The notes below the pieces were generated by a model. The model ran no database searches. It was not told the DNA's origin and was given only the letters and a program-made list of their open reading frames with translations. Both the position numbers and the translations under genes were made by a program. Positions 1 through 11,815 of a stretch of 64,000 bases of DNA are shown piece by piece. The stretch's first letter is position 1. Each line of letters begins with the position of its first letter. Source of the DNA: an uncultured Gemmatimonadaceae bacterium (GTDB taxonomy: Bacteria > Gemmatimonadota > Gemmatimonadetes > Gemmatimonadales > Gemmatimonadaceae); assembly GCA_963817955.1 (NCBI GenBank), contig CAWFQK010000002.1:192001-256000 (forward strand), in the 5' to 3' direction.

Positions 1-388
1 GCTGCCGCAGCAGGAGCAGGGTCAGCGCCGCGGTGAGCTGTTCGGCGTAGGCCAGCTTGCTCAGCCGGTCGCTGGCACCGCTCCAAGCCATGGACGTGCT
101 GACGTCCAAGATGAGGCTGGCGCGGAGGTTCGTCTCCTCTTCGTACTGGCGCACCACCCAGCGGTCGGACCGCGCTACGATCTTCCAGTCGATATAGCGC
201 AGGTCGTCGCCCACCTGATACGGTCGGTACTCGGCAAATTCCACCGAGAATCCCTTGCGAGGCGATCGGTGAAGGCCGGACATGAAGCCGTCCACGATCC
301 ACCGGGCGACAATTTCCACGCGGCCCAGTGCCGCGAGGCTGGCTGGGTCGAACAGGTCAGCGCGGAGCGCACGGGGGGATGCTTCCAT
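1..388 (-). CDS. DUF58 (vWA-like, MoxR-associated) protein, N-terminal part; runs off the window
   Basis: Manual translation: MEASPRALRADLFDP...GFMSGLHRSPRKGFSVEFAEYRPYQVGDDLRYIDWK...VRQYEEETNL...LILDVSTSM, the typical DUF58 motifs. Confidence 0.9.
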   Translation of the reverse strand, partial: MEASPRALRADLFDPASLAALGRVEIVARWIVDGFMSGLHRSPRKGFSVEFAEYRPYQVGDDLRYIDWKIVARSDRWVVRQYEEETNLRASLILDVSTSMAWSGASDRLSKLAYAEQLTAALTLLLLRQ

Positions 389-584
389 CGGGGGGGAAAC
401 TTATCCAGTTTTGCGCCTGACCGGGGTTGCCGGCCCTGTAACCAGCAAACTTGCTCCGCGATCCGTAGTATTAAGCAATGGAGGCTGTCAGCCGGGATCC
501 CGGACTTCGGGTACCGATACTCACTATTGACAGCCGGAAAGGCGTATGCCTATTTGTATACACCACTCTTCGGAGATGCGTGTC

Positions 585-2018
585 ATGTTGCGGCCTATGG
601 GTTCGGTAGGATCCGCTCTTGGTGTTGTGCTCCTCGCGGGTGCCTGCGCCATACCGTCGCCGAGCGCCAGAATCTCGCGCTACGATGTGGCCCCATCTGC
701 CCAGTCAGCGCGAACACTCAGCGCCACGTCGCGCGATTCCCTGTTCGCGCAGTCGCTGGCCGACCACGAAGGCCCCGGCGTGAGCGTCCGCGCAGAAATG
801 TCGACCGTCTCCGATAGCCGTCGCGTACGCGCCCTATTTCACGCCGATGACGACGCGTACGTCATTGTTGGCCACATCGACGCCGACGGCATTCTTCGGA
901 TCGTCTTCCCCAGTGATCCTCGCGACGACGGATTCGTACACGGCGACAAGACATATCGCACGCCGGAATTCGTGGCCGGATTTGCGTCGCAATACCGCTA
1001 TCGTGAGTCGTCCGGGCTCTTTCACTACACACAGGCGTCGTCCGACTCGTACGATGGCGGTCTTGGATATGTGTTCGTCATCGCGGCGTGGCGCCCCATG
1101 CGCTTCGATCGTTTCCAGACGGAGAACGCGTGGGACAGCTTCGAGCTGGCCGACGCCGACTACATGAAGGATCCGCGCCCGGCTATCTACGAACTGGCGT
1201 CGCTGCTCGCCGGCGACAATCGTGAAGCATACACGGTAAAATTCGCACGCTATTACAACACGCAGGACCTCTACGGCGGCTATAGCAGCTTTGCGTTCGG
1301 CAATGGCAGTGGATATTGCTCCGGCTATGAGCCGTTCGGCTTCGCCATGTCTCCACTGTCCGGCCGCTATGGCTTTTTCAACCCGGCGTATGCCTGGGGC
1401 TCTTCGTACTCCTACCGCGGAACGGCGTACTCCTACGACGCTGGCGGCGACTGCTATCGAACCGGCTACCCGACGGGCTACTACTACAGCGGCCTCACGC
1501 TGGCGACCGGGGCCCAGCCATTCACGCCACCCATGCGCAAGCGCGGGTTCGATCCGGAAGGCTACCGGACGCACCCCATCCCGCAGCAGGACGCCCCGCA
1601 CCGCATGACGGTCCAGGATAATGCACAGGACACAGGACCGTCGACAGCGCACTTCTCTCCGCAGTATCGCCAGCGTGGTTTGATCACTAGTGACGAGCCG
1701 TCGACGGGTCCCGCGCCTCGTCAGCCGCGCATCGAGGCGCAACCGGGGTCTCAGGAACGCGTGCGTCCGGCGATTCAGGAAATGACCAATCGCCGGGCTC
1801 AAATCGCGCACGAAGGCAGCATCGCCAATCGTCCGCGGGCAACGCCGGAAACGCGTACCGAAGCGAGGCCGCGGAGCGCGCCGGCACCGCGCGCCGAACC
1901 GGTCCACGTGTCGCCGCGGGTGTCCTCGCCTCCGCCCGCTCCAGCACCGCGCGCCGAACCCTCGCGTCCGGCGAAGCCTCCCGAGCGCGAACACAACAGC
2001 CGATCGAAGGGCCAGTAA
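585..2018 (+). CDS. Putative lipoprotein with DUF4384-like domain and Pro/Arg-rich disordered tail
   Basis: GGAG upstream of ATG 585; lipobox [27 protein letters not shown] resembles DUF4384. Confidence 0.6.
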   Translation: MLRPMGSVGSALGVVLLAGACAIPSPSARISRYDVAPSAQSARTLSATSRDSLFAQSLADHEGPGVSVRAEMSTVSDSRRVRALFHADDDAYVIVGHIDADGILRIVFPSDPRDDGFVHGDKTYRTPEFVAGFASQYRYRESSGLFHYTQASSDSYDGGLGYVFVIAAWRPMRFDRFQTENAWDSFELADADYMKDPRPAIYELASLLAGDNREAYTVKFARYYNTQDLYGGYSSFAFGNGSGYCSGYEPFGFAMSPLSGRYGFFNPAYAWGSSYSYRGTAYSYDAGGDCYRTGYPTGYYYSGLTLATGAQPFTPPMRKRGFDPEGYRTHPIPQQDAPHRMTVQDNAQDTGPSTAHFSPQYRQRGLITSDEPSTGPAPRQPRIEAQPGSQERVRPAIQEMTNRRAQIAHEGSIANRPRATPETRTEARPRSAPAPRAEPVHVSPRVSSPPPAPAPRAEPSRPAKPPEREHNSRSKGQ

Positions 2019-2035
2019 CCATTGTTCCACACCTC

Positions 2036-2070
2036 AACGCCGCGCACCCACGTGCGCGGCGTTTTCTTTT
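2036..2070 (+). terminator. Rho-independent terminator
   Basis: AACGCCGCGCAC-CCAC-GTGCGCGGCGTT followed by TTCTTTT. Confidence 0.8.
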
Positions 2071-2145
2071 GTCGGCCCGTGGCGCCACGCTATATTCCGA
2101 TGGCACAAGAGGTTCCCCGTTGCCATTGCCCTCGCTGAGTTTGCT

Positions 2146-3955
<1,810 letters not shown>

Positions 3956-4024
3956 GGGGACGGGACACGGCACACGTGTCTCAAGCCCCATCCCGTATCG
4001 AACACACCAGCCACTAGTCCCACG

Positions 4025-5049
4025 TTGCCCTCGTCCCTCGTCGTCCAGACGTCGTTCCTCGGCGACATGGTGCTGACCACGCCGTTGTTCGCATATCTCG
4101 CGCGCTCAGGGCCGGTCGACGTCCTGTGCACTCCGACGGCGGGGCCGTTGCTCGAGAATCATCCCGCGGTGCGTCGTGTCATCCTGTACGACAAGCGCGG
4201 CGCGGATCGCGGCCTGCACGGGTTTCTCGGCATGGCAGCCAGGTTGAAGCAGCGAGGAGTACGCCGCCGCGTATTTCGCGCAGGGTTCTGTGCGCAGTGG
4301 CGCCCTTGCGACTGGCCGCCGGAATTCGCGAGCGCGTCGGGATTTGCATCGTCGGCCGGCCGCCGGTTCTACACGACGCGCATTCAATCGATCGAGAATA
4401 CTGCATCACGCCGCGCGACTGCTTTCGCTTGGGACACGCAATCCGCTGCAGAGCGTGCCTCGCGAGGCGCTGCGGCCGCGACTCTTCCCGGGCGAAGCCG
4501 AGCGCCGCGCCGTAGATGCACTGCTCGCGCGACGTCGGCGATCGTCCGTTGCTTCGCTCTCGCGCCCGGCAGCGTCTGGGCGACGAAACGGTGGCCGTAC
4601 TACGCCGAGTTCGGCACGTTTGCTTCAGCCCGACATGACAGTGGTCGTGATCGGCGCGGTTCGCCGATCGCGAACTGGCATTGCAGATCGTGACTGCCAC
4701 GGGCGGCCACGCGATCGACGCCACGGACCGCCTCTCGCTGCTCGCGTCGGCCGAGCTGATTGGGCGCGCAGCGGCGATCGTGACCAACGATTCGGCGCCG
4801 CTGCACCTTGCATCGCGCCATGGGCACGCCAACCGTCGCCGATCTTCGGACCGACCGTGCCGGAATTCGGATTCGGACCGCTCGCCGATTCGGCCGTGGT
4901 GGCGGCCAACGCGTCCCTCGCCTGCCGCCCCTGCGACCCTCACGGGCCGCAGCGCTGCCCGCTTGGGCCACTGGCGATGTATGCGCGAGATTACAGCAGA
5001 CGCGGCAGCCTCGCTCGTTCGCGAGCTTCTTTCTTCACGGAATTCGTGA
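4025..5049 (+). CDS. waaF: GT9 family LPS heptosyltransferase (WaaF-like), frameshifted
   Basis: [50 protein letters not shown] motifs across frames. Confidence 0.85.
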
Positions 5050-5051
5050 CC

Positions 5052-6062
5052 ATGCCCACGAAGAAGCGGAACCAGTACATCATTGGCGTTGACCTCGGCG
5101 GAACGAATATCGTCGTCGGGGCGATGTCGAGCGACGGAAAGCATCATCTCGCCGTGCGCACCATCTCGACGAGCGCCGAGTTGGGCGCCGAGGCCGTGGC
5201 GGACCGCATCGTCGGATTGATCGAAGGCGTCATCCTCGACACCATCGCCGACACGAAGGCGACGCGAAAGGACTTCATCGGCGTCGGCATCGGCGCACCT
5301 GGACCCCTCGACCGCGAGCAGGGAATTGTGATCGTCGCGCCGAATCTCGGCTGGCGGAACTTCCCGCTGCGCGATCGCATCGTCAAACGGTTGAATCTTC
5401 CCGCCACGCTCGACAACGACGCGAATTGCGCGACGGTCGGCGAATGGTGGCAGGGTGCGGCGAGCGGCGGCACGAACGTCATCGGCCTGACGATCGGCAC
5501 CGGGATTGGCGGCGGCCTGATCATCGACGGCAAGCTGTATCACGGCGCGTCCGACGTCGCTGGCGAGATCGGACACACCACCATCGATCTCAACGGGCCG
5601 CCACTGCAAGTGCGGCAACTACGGCTGCCTCGAGGCGTACGCCTCGGGTCCGGCCATCGCCGACCCGCGCGCGCGAGGTCGCTCGTCCGCGAAGAAGACC
5701 GCGTCGCTGCTGCCGTCGCTGGTCGACGGCCACCTCGACCGCATTACCGCGCAGACGGTCTACGAGGCGGCGCAGCAGGGCGATGCCGTCGCCAGCGAGA
5801 TCGTGCGCGACACCGCGCGCTACCTCGGCATGGGCGTTGCGAATCTGCTGAACATCTTCAACCCCGACGTCGTCGTCGTCGCTGGCGGCGTGACGCAGGC
5901 GGGCGACGCGCTGTTCGTGCCGCTACGCGCCGAGGTGCGGCGCCGGGCGTTCACGCCCAGCAGTGGAGGCGATGCGCATCGTGCCCGGGGATGCTGCCCG
6001 GAACTGCCGGCGTCGTCGGTGCCGTGGCGACTTTCAAGATGCAGTACCTCGGCGAGCTGTAA
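5052..6062 (+). CDS. ROK family sugar kinase (glucokinase-like), internal frameshifts
   Basis: GVDLGGTN, LDNDANCA, IGTGIGGG, GEIGHT, and CKCGNYGCLEAYAS in an alternative frame. Confidence 0.9.
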   Translation: MPTKKRNQYIIGVDLGGTNIVVGAMSSDGKHHLAVRTISTSAELGAEAVADRIVGLIEGVILDTIADTKATRKDFIGVGIGAPGPLDREQGIVIVAPNLGWRNFPLRDRIVKRLNLPATLDNDANCATVGEWWQGAASGGTNVIGLTIGTGIGGGLIIDGKLYHGASDVAGEIGHTTIDLNGPPLQVRQLRLPRGVRLGSGHRRPARARSLVREEDRVAAAVAGRRPPRPHYRADGLRGGAAGRCRRQRDRARHRALPRHGRCESAEHLQPRRRRRRWRRDAGGRRAVRAATRRGAAPGVHAQQWRRCASCPGMLPGTAGVVGAVATFKMQYLGEL

Positions 6063-6072
6063 CACGGCGTCC

Positions 6073-7053
6073 ATGCGTCGCAAACGCGTCGGCGTCATCG
6101 GCTCGTTGGTCTGGGACGTGATCTACGACCGCGAACCACGCTCGCTGCCCGTCGAGGAATGGGGCGGCATCACGCTACGCCTTGTCCGGCCTCGACGCGG
6201 CGCTCGACGACGACTGGGAAATCGTCCCGCTCATCAAGGTCGGGTACGACCTCGCGGCGCGCGCGCGCGCAGTTCATCTCGACCATCGAGCACATGGCGC
6301 CCGACGCGGCGCTCATCGAAGTGCCGTATCCGCAACAATCGCGTCGAGCTGCGCTACTACACCGACGAACGGCGGAGCGAGGTGCTCATCGGCGGGGTTC
6401 CCGGCTGGACCTGGCTCGGGCTCAAGCCGGTGCTCGAAACGGCGCGCCTCGATGCGCTGTACATCAACTTCCTCAGCGGCTGGGAACTCGACCTCGAGAC
6501 CATGCGCAGCTGCATTCGGCAGCAGTTCGCGGGGCCGATCTACTGCGATCTGCACATGCTCGCGTGGGCCGTGGAGCAGACCGGTTTGCGCACATTGCGG
6601 CCAATCTCGCAGGCGCGCGAGTGGTGCGAATGTTTTGACTTACTGCAGATGAACGAGGACGAGATGACCATGCTCGCGCCGGACCCCATGACACTCGCCG
6701 CGACAGCGTTGCATGCCGGCGTGTGGTGTCTCGTCGTCACGCTCGGCAAGCGCGGCGCTGTGTACTTCGCCGCACCAGACTTCAACTACCTGGCGGATGC
6801 GAAGGCGGAGCGATCGCTCGGCACTACCGTTGGACCGGTACGGACGGCGCTCGTGCCGCCAGTGGCGGAAGAAGTCGGCGACCCGACCGGGTGTGGCGAC
6901 GTGTGGGGCGCCACCTATTTCTCACGGCTGCTCGCGGGTGATAACTTAGACGCCGCGATGCGCACCGCGAACCGCGCCGCGGCGCGCAACATCGGGCATC
7001 GCGGAGCCACCGGCCTCGCAAATCATCTCAGGGGGAAGATCAGCCTCACGTGA
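6073..7053 (+). CDS. PfkB/ribokinase family carbohydrate kinase, internal frameshifts
   Basis: VVTLGKRGA and GDPTGCGDVWGA anion-hole motif. Confidence 0.85.
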   Translation: MRRKRVGVIGSLVWDVIYDREPRSLPVEEWGGITLRLVRPRRGARRRLGNRPAHQGRVRPRGARARSSSRPSSTWRPTRRSSKCRIRNNRVELRYYTDERRSEVLIGGVPGWTWLGLKPVLETARLDALYINFLSGWELDLETMRSCIRQQFAGPIYCDLHMLAWAVEQTGLRTLRPISQAREWCECFDLLQMNEDEMTMLAPDPMTLAATALHAGVWCLVVTLGKRGAVYFAAPDFNYLADAKAERSLGTTVGPVRTALVPPVAEEVGDPTGCGDVWGATYFSRLLAGDNLDAAMRTANRAAARNIGHRGATGLANHLRGKISLT

Positions 7054-7943
7054 CGACTGTCATCACTGTTCCGCCCTCGCTCGACGATCACTCCTTCGAA
7101 CAGGTGCTGGAGCAGCTGGCGCCTCTTCCGCTGGACGCCAAGATCCTCGTTGACGCGCGGCATACACGCTGGGCGTCGCCCTACGGATTGACCGCGCTGC
7201 TCACGCTGGCTCAGACACGCACGGAACGGCCAGCCTTCGCTGTGCCGGAAATGGACGAGACGGCCTCGTATTGGGCGCGCGCCGCCTTCTTCCACCATGC
7301 CGAACAGCTCTACGACCTGCACGGCAGCTACCCCAAGCGACGCGAAGGCGACTCGAATTCGCTGCTCGACATCACACCGATCACGAAGAGCGATGACGTC
7401 CACAGTGTCGTCGGTCGGGTGCAGGAGCGCGCGCAACAGATCATCAAGACGGAGCTCAAGCTCGAATCGAAGGCGATCATCGGCTTCGCTATGACGTTGT
7501 CCGAGGTCTGCCAGAACATCATCGAACATGCCGGTCAAGGCGGCTGGGTGGCGGTGCAGAGTTACCGCTGGACCAAACGCCTTGGGCGCCGCGTTGTCGT
7601 CATTGCCGTCTGTGACGCCGGCCTCGGCTTTCGGAAGTCGCTCGAGAGCGCGCCGGGCCACATGCCAAACGCACGATGGGACGACGCCGCGGCACTCGAG
7701 GAGGCCGTGATCCGCGGCGTGAGCCGATTCCGCGACCGCAGCCGCGGCCAGGGACTGGCCGGCGCACGGAACTACGTCGGACGCTGGAACGGCAAGCTGT
7801 CGGCTCGCAGTGGCACAGCACGAATCTCGATCGTCCCGAGTTGGGACGACGATGTTCCGCTCGCGGAAGGGCTTGCGCCATTCCCTGGAGCTCAGGTTCA
7901 AGTCATCATTCCAGAGGCCGGCACCGGAGGCTCGGACCGATGA
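7050..7943 (+). CDS. N-terminal STAS-like domain fused to a GHKL/HATPase anti-sigma-type kinase
   Basis: ILVDARHTRWASPYGL (STAS-like); N-box LSEVCQNIIEHA, G1 VCDAGLGF, G2 RGQGL. Confidence 0.75.
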   Translation: MTTVITVPPSLDDHSFEQVLEQLAPLPLDAKILVDARHTRWASPYGLTALLTLAQTRTERPAFAVPEMDETASYWARAAFFHHAEQLYDLHGSYPKRREGDSNSLLDITPITKSDDVHSVVGRVQERAQQIIKTELKLESKAIIGFAMTLSEVCQNIIEHAGQGGWVAVQSYRWTKRLGRRVVVIAVCDAGLGFRKSLESAPGHMPNARWDDAAALEEAVIRGVSRFRDRSRGQGLAGARNYVGRWNGKLSARSGTARISIVPSWDDDVPLAEGLAPFPGAQVQVIIPEAGTGGSDR

Positions 7944-8497
7944 TGAACCACATCGACGTCAGTACCGTGCTGCGTGAGACACTGGCGTGCGATTTGTATT
8001 CGAACCTCGTCACGCGCTCGACAGGTGCCGCGGTCCGGGGGCAGATCGAGCGGCTGCTGAGCACGTCGCGCGACCGCGCGCTCACGATCATCGACTTCAC
8101 CCAGGTGTCGATGATCGATATCTCCTGTGCCGATGAAGTCGTCGCCAAGCTGCTCATGCGTTACGCGTCGGACAACCCGCCGCAAGAGGTTTACTTCCTG
8201 TTCCGTGGCGTTACCGAACACCACTGGGACGCGATCGAGGCGGTGCTCGAACGCCACGGGCTGGCGCTGGCGGTCGAGCAGAACGACGGCGTGGTACTGA
8301 TGGGCGTGGTCAGTGACGACGAGCGCAGCGCGTGGACCGCCGCGTTCCGCGACGGCGGCGTCGATGCCGCAGTGGTCGCGAGCGAAACCGGCGGTGATAC
8401 CGGTGCGGTGCAGCGGGCGCTCGATGCACTCTGCCGCCGCCGGCTCATCATGCAGGTCGGTAGCCATTACATAGCGGTCGGCAGTAACCGTGGCTAA
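7940..8497 (+). CDS. STAS-like (DUF4325-like) domain plus C-terminal winged-helix protein
   Basis: IIDFTQVSMIDISCADEVV resembles the STAS phosphoacceptor loop; C-terminal VQRALDALCRRRLIMQVGSHY resembles a wHTH; ATGA overlap with upstream kinase. Confidence 0.65.
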   Translation: MMNHIDVSTVLRETLACDLYSNLVTRSTGAAVRGQIERLLSTSRDRALTIIDFTQVSMIDISCADEVVAKLLMRYASDNPPQEVYFLFRGVTEHHWDAIEAVLERHGLALAVEQNDGVVLMGVVSDDERSAWTAAFRDGGVDAAVVASETGGDTGAVQRALDALCRRRLIMQVGSHYIAVGSNRG

Positions 8498-8801
8498 CGA
8501 AACATTCAATCAGCCGCTTCGCGTGGTCTCTCTCATCGCGACACACAGCGGCGATGCGGAGCGGGGACCACTCGTCACCATGAACCCGCAGGACGCCCGA
8601 TCGCGCTTGCTCACGGACGGCGAGCTGGCGTGGGTGTACGGCCCGCGGCGTCACGAACTGGCGACCGTGCGCATTGACCCGGGAACGCGCGAGGGCGACG
8701 TCGTCCTGCGAGACATCATTGGCGCGTCTCCATCGGAGATCGTGCGCGTCATCAAACCAGACTTCGACTCGCGCGGACGCCGCCCCACCGCGCTCGCCTG
8801 A
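8490..8801 (+). CDS. Stand-alone molybdopterin-dinucleotide-binding / double-psi beta-barrel domain protein
   Basis: VTMNPQDARSRLLTDGELAWVYGPR...VRIDPGTREGDVVL pattern. Confidence 0.65.
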   Translation: MANETFNQPLRVVSLIATHSGDAERGPLVTMNPQDARSRLLTDGELAWVYGPRRHELATVRIDPGTREGDVVLRDIIGASPSEIVRVIKPDFDSRGRRPTALA

Positions 8802-8810
8802 GAGGCCATC

Positions 8811-9971
8811 GTGCCCGCACGCAAGCACCGACCAAGCGATCTCGCCACACTCGCGGTCCACGCCGGAGCGGAAACGCGCGACGCGGACAGCGCAGTAGTG
8901 GCGCCGCTGGTCCAGTCAGTGAATTTCATTCAGGAAATCGGCACGGGCGAGGGCATGCGCTATCCCCGCTACGGCAATGCGCCGAACGCCGAGTTGGTGC
9001 AACGACGGCTCGCCGCGCTCGAACGCGCGGAAGCGGCACTGCTGTTGTCGAGCGGCATGGGCGCCGTGGCGTGCGGCCTGCTCGCGTTGCTCCGGCCTGG
9101 CGATCATCTGATTGCCAGCGCCTGGATCTACGGCGGTGCGGCGACCCTGCTGATGAAGGAATTCACCTCGCTCGGCATCGACGTATCGCTCGTCGACCCA
9201 CTCGAGCCGCGGATCTGGCGGAAGAAGCTCCGCACGCAAACCCGCGCGATCTTTCTCGAGACACCGGTGAATCCAACATGTCGCGTGCTCGACCTACGCC
9301 CGGTCAGCTACATCACGAAGGAGTGTGGCATCGCGCTCGTGGTCGATTCGACGTTTGCGAGTCCGATCAATCTCCGGCCGCTCGATCATGGCGCCGACGT
9401 CGTCATTCATTCGGCGACGAAGTACCTCAACGGCCATCACGACGTGCTCGCCGGCGCCGTCTGCGGCACAGCCTCCTACATCGAGGAAGTGCGGCAGAAG
9501 ATGATGGTGTGGGGCCAGGCCCCCGATCCGTTCGCCGCCTGGCTCATCGAGCGCGGACTCAAGACGCTCGACGTGCGCATGAAGCGCCACAATGAGAACG
9601 CGATGGCGGTGGCCCGGTGGTGCAGCGAACGGAAGGAAATTCGCCGCGTGCACTATCCCGGCCTGCCGTCACATCCCGACCATGACATCGCCGAGGCGCT
9701 CATGGATGGGTTCGGTGGCATGATGGCGATCGAACTGACGGGCGGCGCGCGCGCCGCGGAGAAGTTCCTGGGCAAACTGAAACTCTTCCGTCATGCGCCG
9801 AGTCTTGGCGGTGTCGATTCCCTGATTTCGGAGCCGCGATTCACGTCCCATGCGAACCTGCCGGCCGAGGCGCGCGCCGCGGCCGACATTCCGGACGGGT
9901 TTCTACGGCTGAGTATCGGCATCGAAAGTGCTCATGACCTCATCGGAGACATCGAACAGGCTCTGCATTAG
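8811..9971 (+). CDS. Cys/Met metabolism PLP enzyme (cystathionine or methionine gamma-lyase family)
   Basis: YPRYGN, SSGMGA, ETPVNPT, VDSTFASP, HSATKYLNGHHD, SLGGVDSL, LRLSIGIE. Confidence 0.92.
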   Translation: MPARKHRPSDLATLAVHAGAETRDADSAVVAPLVQSVNFIQEIGTGEGMRYPRYGNAPNAELVQRRLAALERAEAALLLSSGMGAVACGLLALLRPGDHLIASAWIYGGAATLLMKEFTSLGIDVSLVDPLEPRIWRKKLRTQTRAIFLETPVNPTCRVLDLRPVSYITKECGIALVVDSTFASPINLRPLDHGADVVIHSATKYLNGHHDVLAGAVCGTASYIEEVRQKMMVWGQAPDPFAAWLIERGLKTLDVRMKRHNENAMAVARWCSERKEIRRVHYPGLPSHPDHDIAEALMDGFGGMMAIELTGGARAAEKFLGKLKLFRHAPSLGGVDSLISEPRFTSHANLPAEARAAADIPDGFLRLSIGIESAHDLIGDIEQALH

Positions 9972-11111
9972 ATGACCGATCCCCTGCTGGCTCCGGACCG
10001 CCGCCGTCTGGAGCGGCGGACCAATCCGACGCTGGCGGAGCTGACCCTTCAGGAGCTGCGCCGGATGATGGTGACGACGATTCTGTTCGTCGTCACCGTC
10101 GTGCTGTTTCTCTGGATGGTCCGCACGGTCATCATCGCGGCAATGCTCGGCGTCATCGTCGCCACGTTCATGCGCCCGGTGCAGCTCTGGCTGTGCCGCA
10201 CGTTCGTGCGAAACAAGTTCGTAGCGTCCACCATGACGCTGCTGATGCTGATCCTGCCGATGCTCGCGCTGAGCGTGTACAGCTACAACGAGATCGCGGA
10301 CGTCGCGACGTACGTGAACGCGCACCAGGAAGAGATTGCCACCAAGATCGACCTGTCGTTGCACAGGGTACCCTTCCTGCAATCGGCGCACACCGGCGAC
10401 GCCGTGAAACACTACATGCTGGTGGCGTCGAACTATGGCACGAACATCCTGGGAACCGTGCGCGCCGCGCTGGCGCGTTTTGCCATCGCCTCCACGATCT
10501 TCGTGTTCACCGCCTATTACGTGATGGGCGACGCCGACGAGATCATGGAGTACATCCGCAGCCGCATTCCGCCGCGGTATGGCGAACTGTCCGCCGCGCT
10601 GGAGAAGAACGTGCGCGGAGTGCTGTACGGCGCGATCTACTCCACGTTCCTCACGCAGGCCGTCAAGTCGGTCATCATCCTGCTGATGAACCTCGTGTTC
10701 CAGGTTCCACTCGCCGGCGTGCTGGCCATCATCGCGTTCGTGATCGGCTTCTTCCCGATCGTCGGATCGTGGACCGTGTACGTTCCGGTCGCTATCTGGC
10801 TGACAATCTTCCGCGGATCGCCCGGCGAGGGCCTGGCGATGGTGATCTTGGGATTCCTCGTGAATACCGTCTACATCTCGACCTTCCTCCGGCCGAAGAT
10901 CGCGGCCGAACGGTCCAAGGTCCTCAACCTCTACTGGATGCTGGTCGCGCTGATCACGGGCGTCTACACGTTCGGGCTGGTGGGCATTCTCCTTGGGCCC
11001 ATGTTGATCGGGCTGCTCAAGGCCATTCTGGATACCATCACCTCGCAACCCGCATGGAACTGGACGGCCACGGAAGGTGACGCTGGGAGCGTCGATGCGT
11101 CTGAAGTTTAG
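9972..11111 (+). CDS. AI-2E (PerM) family transporter
   Basis: Multi-TM protein with FFPIVGSW, LRPKI and FGLVGILLGP motifs. Confidence 0.85.
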   Translation: MTDPLLAPDRRRLERRTNPTLAELTLQELRRMMVTTILFVVTVVLFLWMVRTVIIAAMLGVIVATFMRPVQLWLCRTFVRNKFVASTMTLLMLILPMLALSVYSYNEIADVATYVNAHQEEIATKIDLSLHRVPFLQSAHTGDAVKHYMLVASNYGTNILGTVRAALARFAIASTIFVFTAYYVMGDADEIMEYIRSRIPPRYGELSAALEKNVRGVLYGAIYSTFLTQAVKSVIILLMNLVFQVPLAGVLAIIAFVIGFFPIVGSWTVYVPVAIWLTIFRGSPGEGLAMVILGFLVNTVYISTFLRPKIAAERSKVLNLYWMLVALITGVYTFGLVGILLGPMLIGLLKAILDTITSQPAWNWTATEGDAGSVDASEV

Positions 11112-11113
11112 CC

Positions 11114-11815
11114 ATGATTCGCTTCGACAAAGTCTCGAAAGTCTACCCACGAGCCGCCGCGGGTGCCGCGGCACTCCGCGACGTCAGCTTCCGCGTTGGG
11201 AAGGGTGAATTCGTCTTTCTGACCGGGCCGAGCGGCGCCGGAAAGAGCACCATCCTCAAACTGTTGTACATGGAAGAGCGCCCCACGAGTGGTGAGGTGC
11301 GCATCAGCGGCTACACGTCGCGTGCGGTCAAGCGGCGCGAGGTCGCACAGCTCCGCCGCCGCCTCGGCATCATCTTCCAGGATTTTCGGCTGCTCGACGA
11401 CCGCACCGCCGAAGCCAACGTTGCCTTCGCCCTGGAGGTGATTGGTGCGCCGCGCACGAGCATCCCGAACAAGGTCGCCCGGGCACTCGCCCAGGTCGGG
11501 CTGGCATCGAAGGCGCGCGCGTTCCCAAAGGAGCTCTCCGGCGGCGAGCAGCAACGCGTGGCGTTCGCCCGCGCGCTGGTGAACGATCCGTTCGTGCTGA
11601 TTGCCGACGAACCAACGGGCAATCTCGATGAGCGCGCCACGCGCGGCATCTTCCAACTGCTCCGCGAAATCAATGCGGCGGGCACCGCCGTGCTCATGGC
11701 GACGCACGATCTCGAGATCGTCCGCTCCACCGAGTATCGCTGCATCGAACTCAATCACGGCGAAATCGTATTCGATTCGGCGGATACGCCGCGCGTGGCG
11801 ATGGAGGCCGACTGA
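11114..11815 (+). CDS. ftsE: Cell division ATP-binding protein FtsE
   Basis: GPSGAGKST, IFQDFRLL, LSGGEQQRV, ADEPTGNLD; adjacent to ftsX. Confidence 0.95.
   Translation: MIRFDKVSKVYPRAAAGAAALRDVSFRVGKGEFVFLTGPSGAGKSTILKLLYMEERPTSGEVRISGYTSRAVKRREVAQLRRRLGIIFQDFRLLDDRTAEANVAFALEVIGAPRTSIPNKVARALAQVGLASKARAFPKELSGGEQQRVAFARALVNDPFVLIADEPTGNLDERATRGIFQLLREINAAGTAVLMATHDLEIVRSTEYRCIELNHGEIVFDSADTPRVAMEAD

Noticed and set aside
483..535. Riboswitch-like structure (GGCTGTCA...TGACAGCC inverted repeat with internal palindromes)
   Set aside because: No recognisable aptamer consensus; the right arm contains a TTGACA -35 box, so promoter or operator DNA is the simpler reading.
834..2030. Long antisense or alternative-frame ORFs (for example 834-2030, 9903-11174, 22343-23629, 61660-63042)
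   Set aside because: Shadow ORFs typical of high-GC DNA, overlapping well-supported genes and lacking motifs.
2100..2138. 12-codon uORF ([12 protein letters not shown]) upstream of lepA
   Set aside because: Too short and without a supporting motif; could easily arise by chance.
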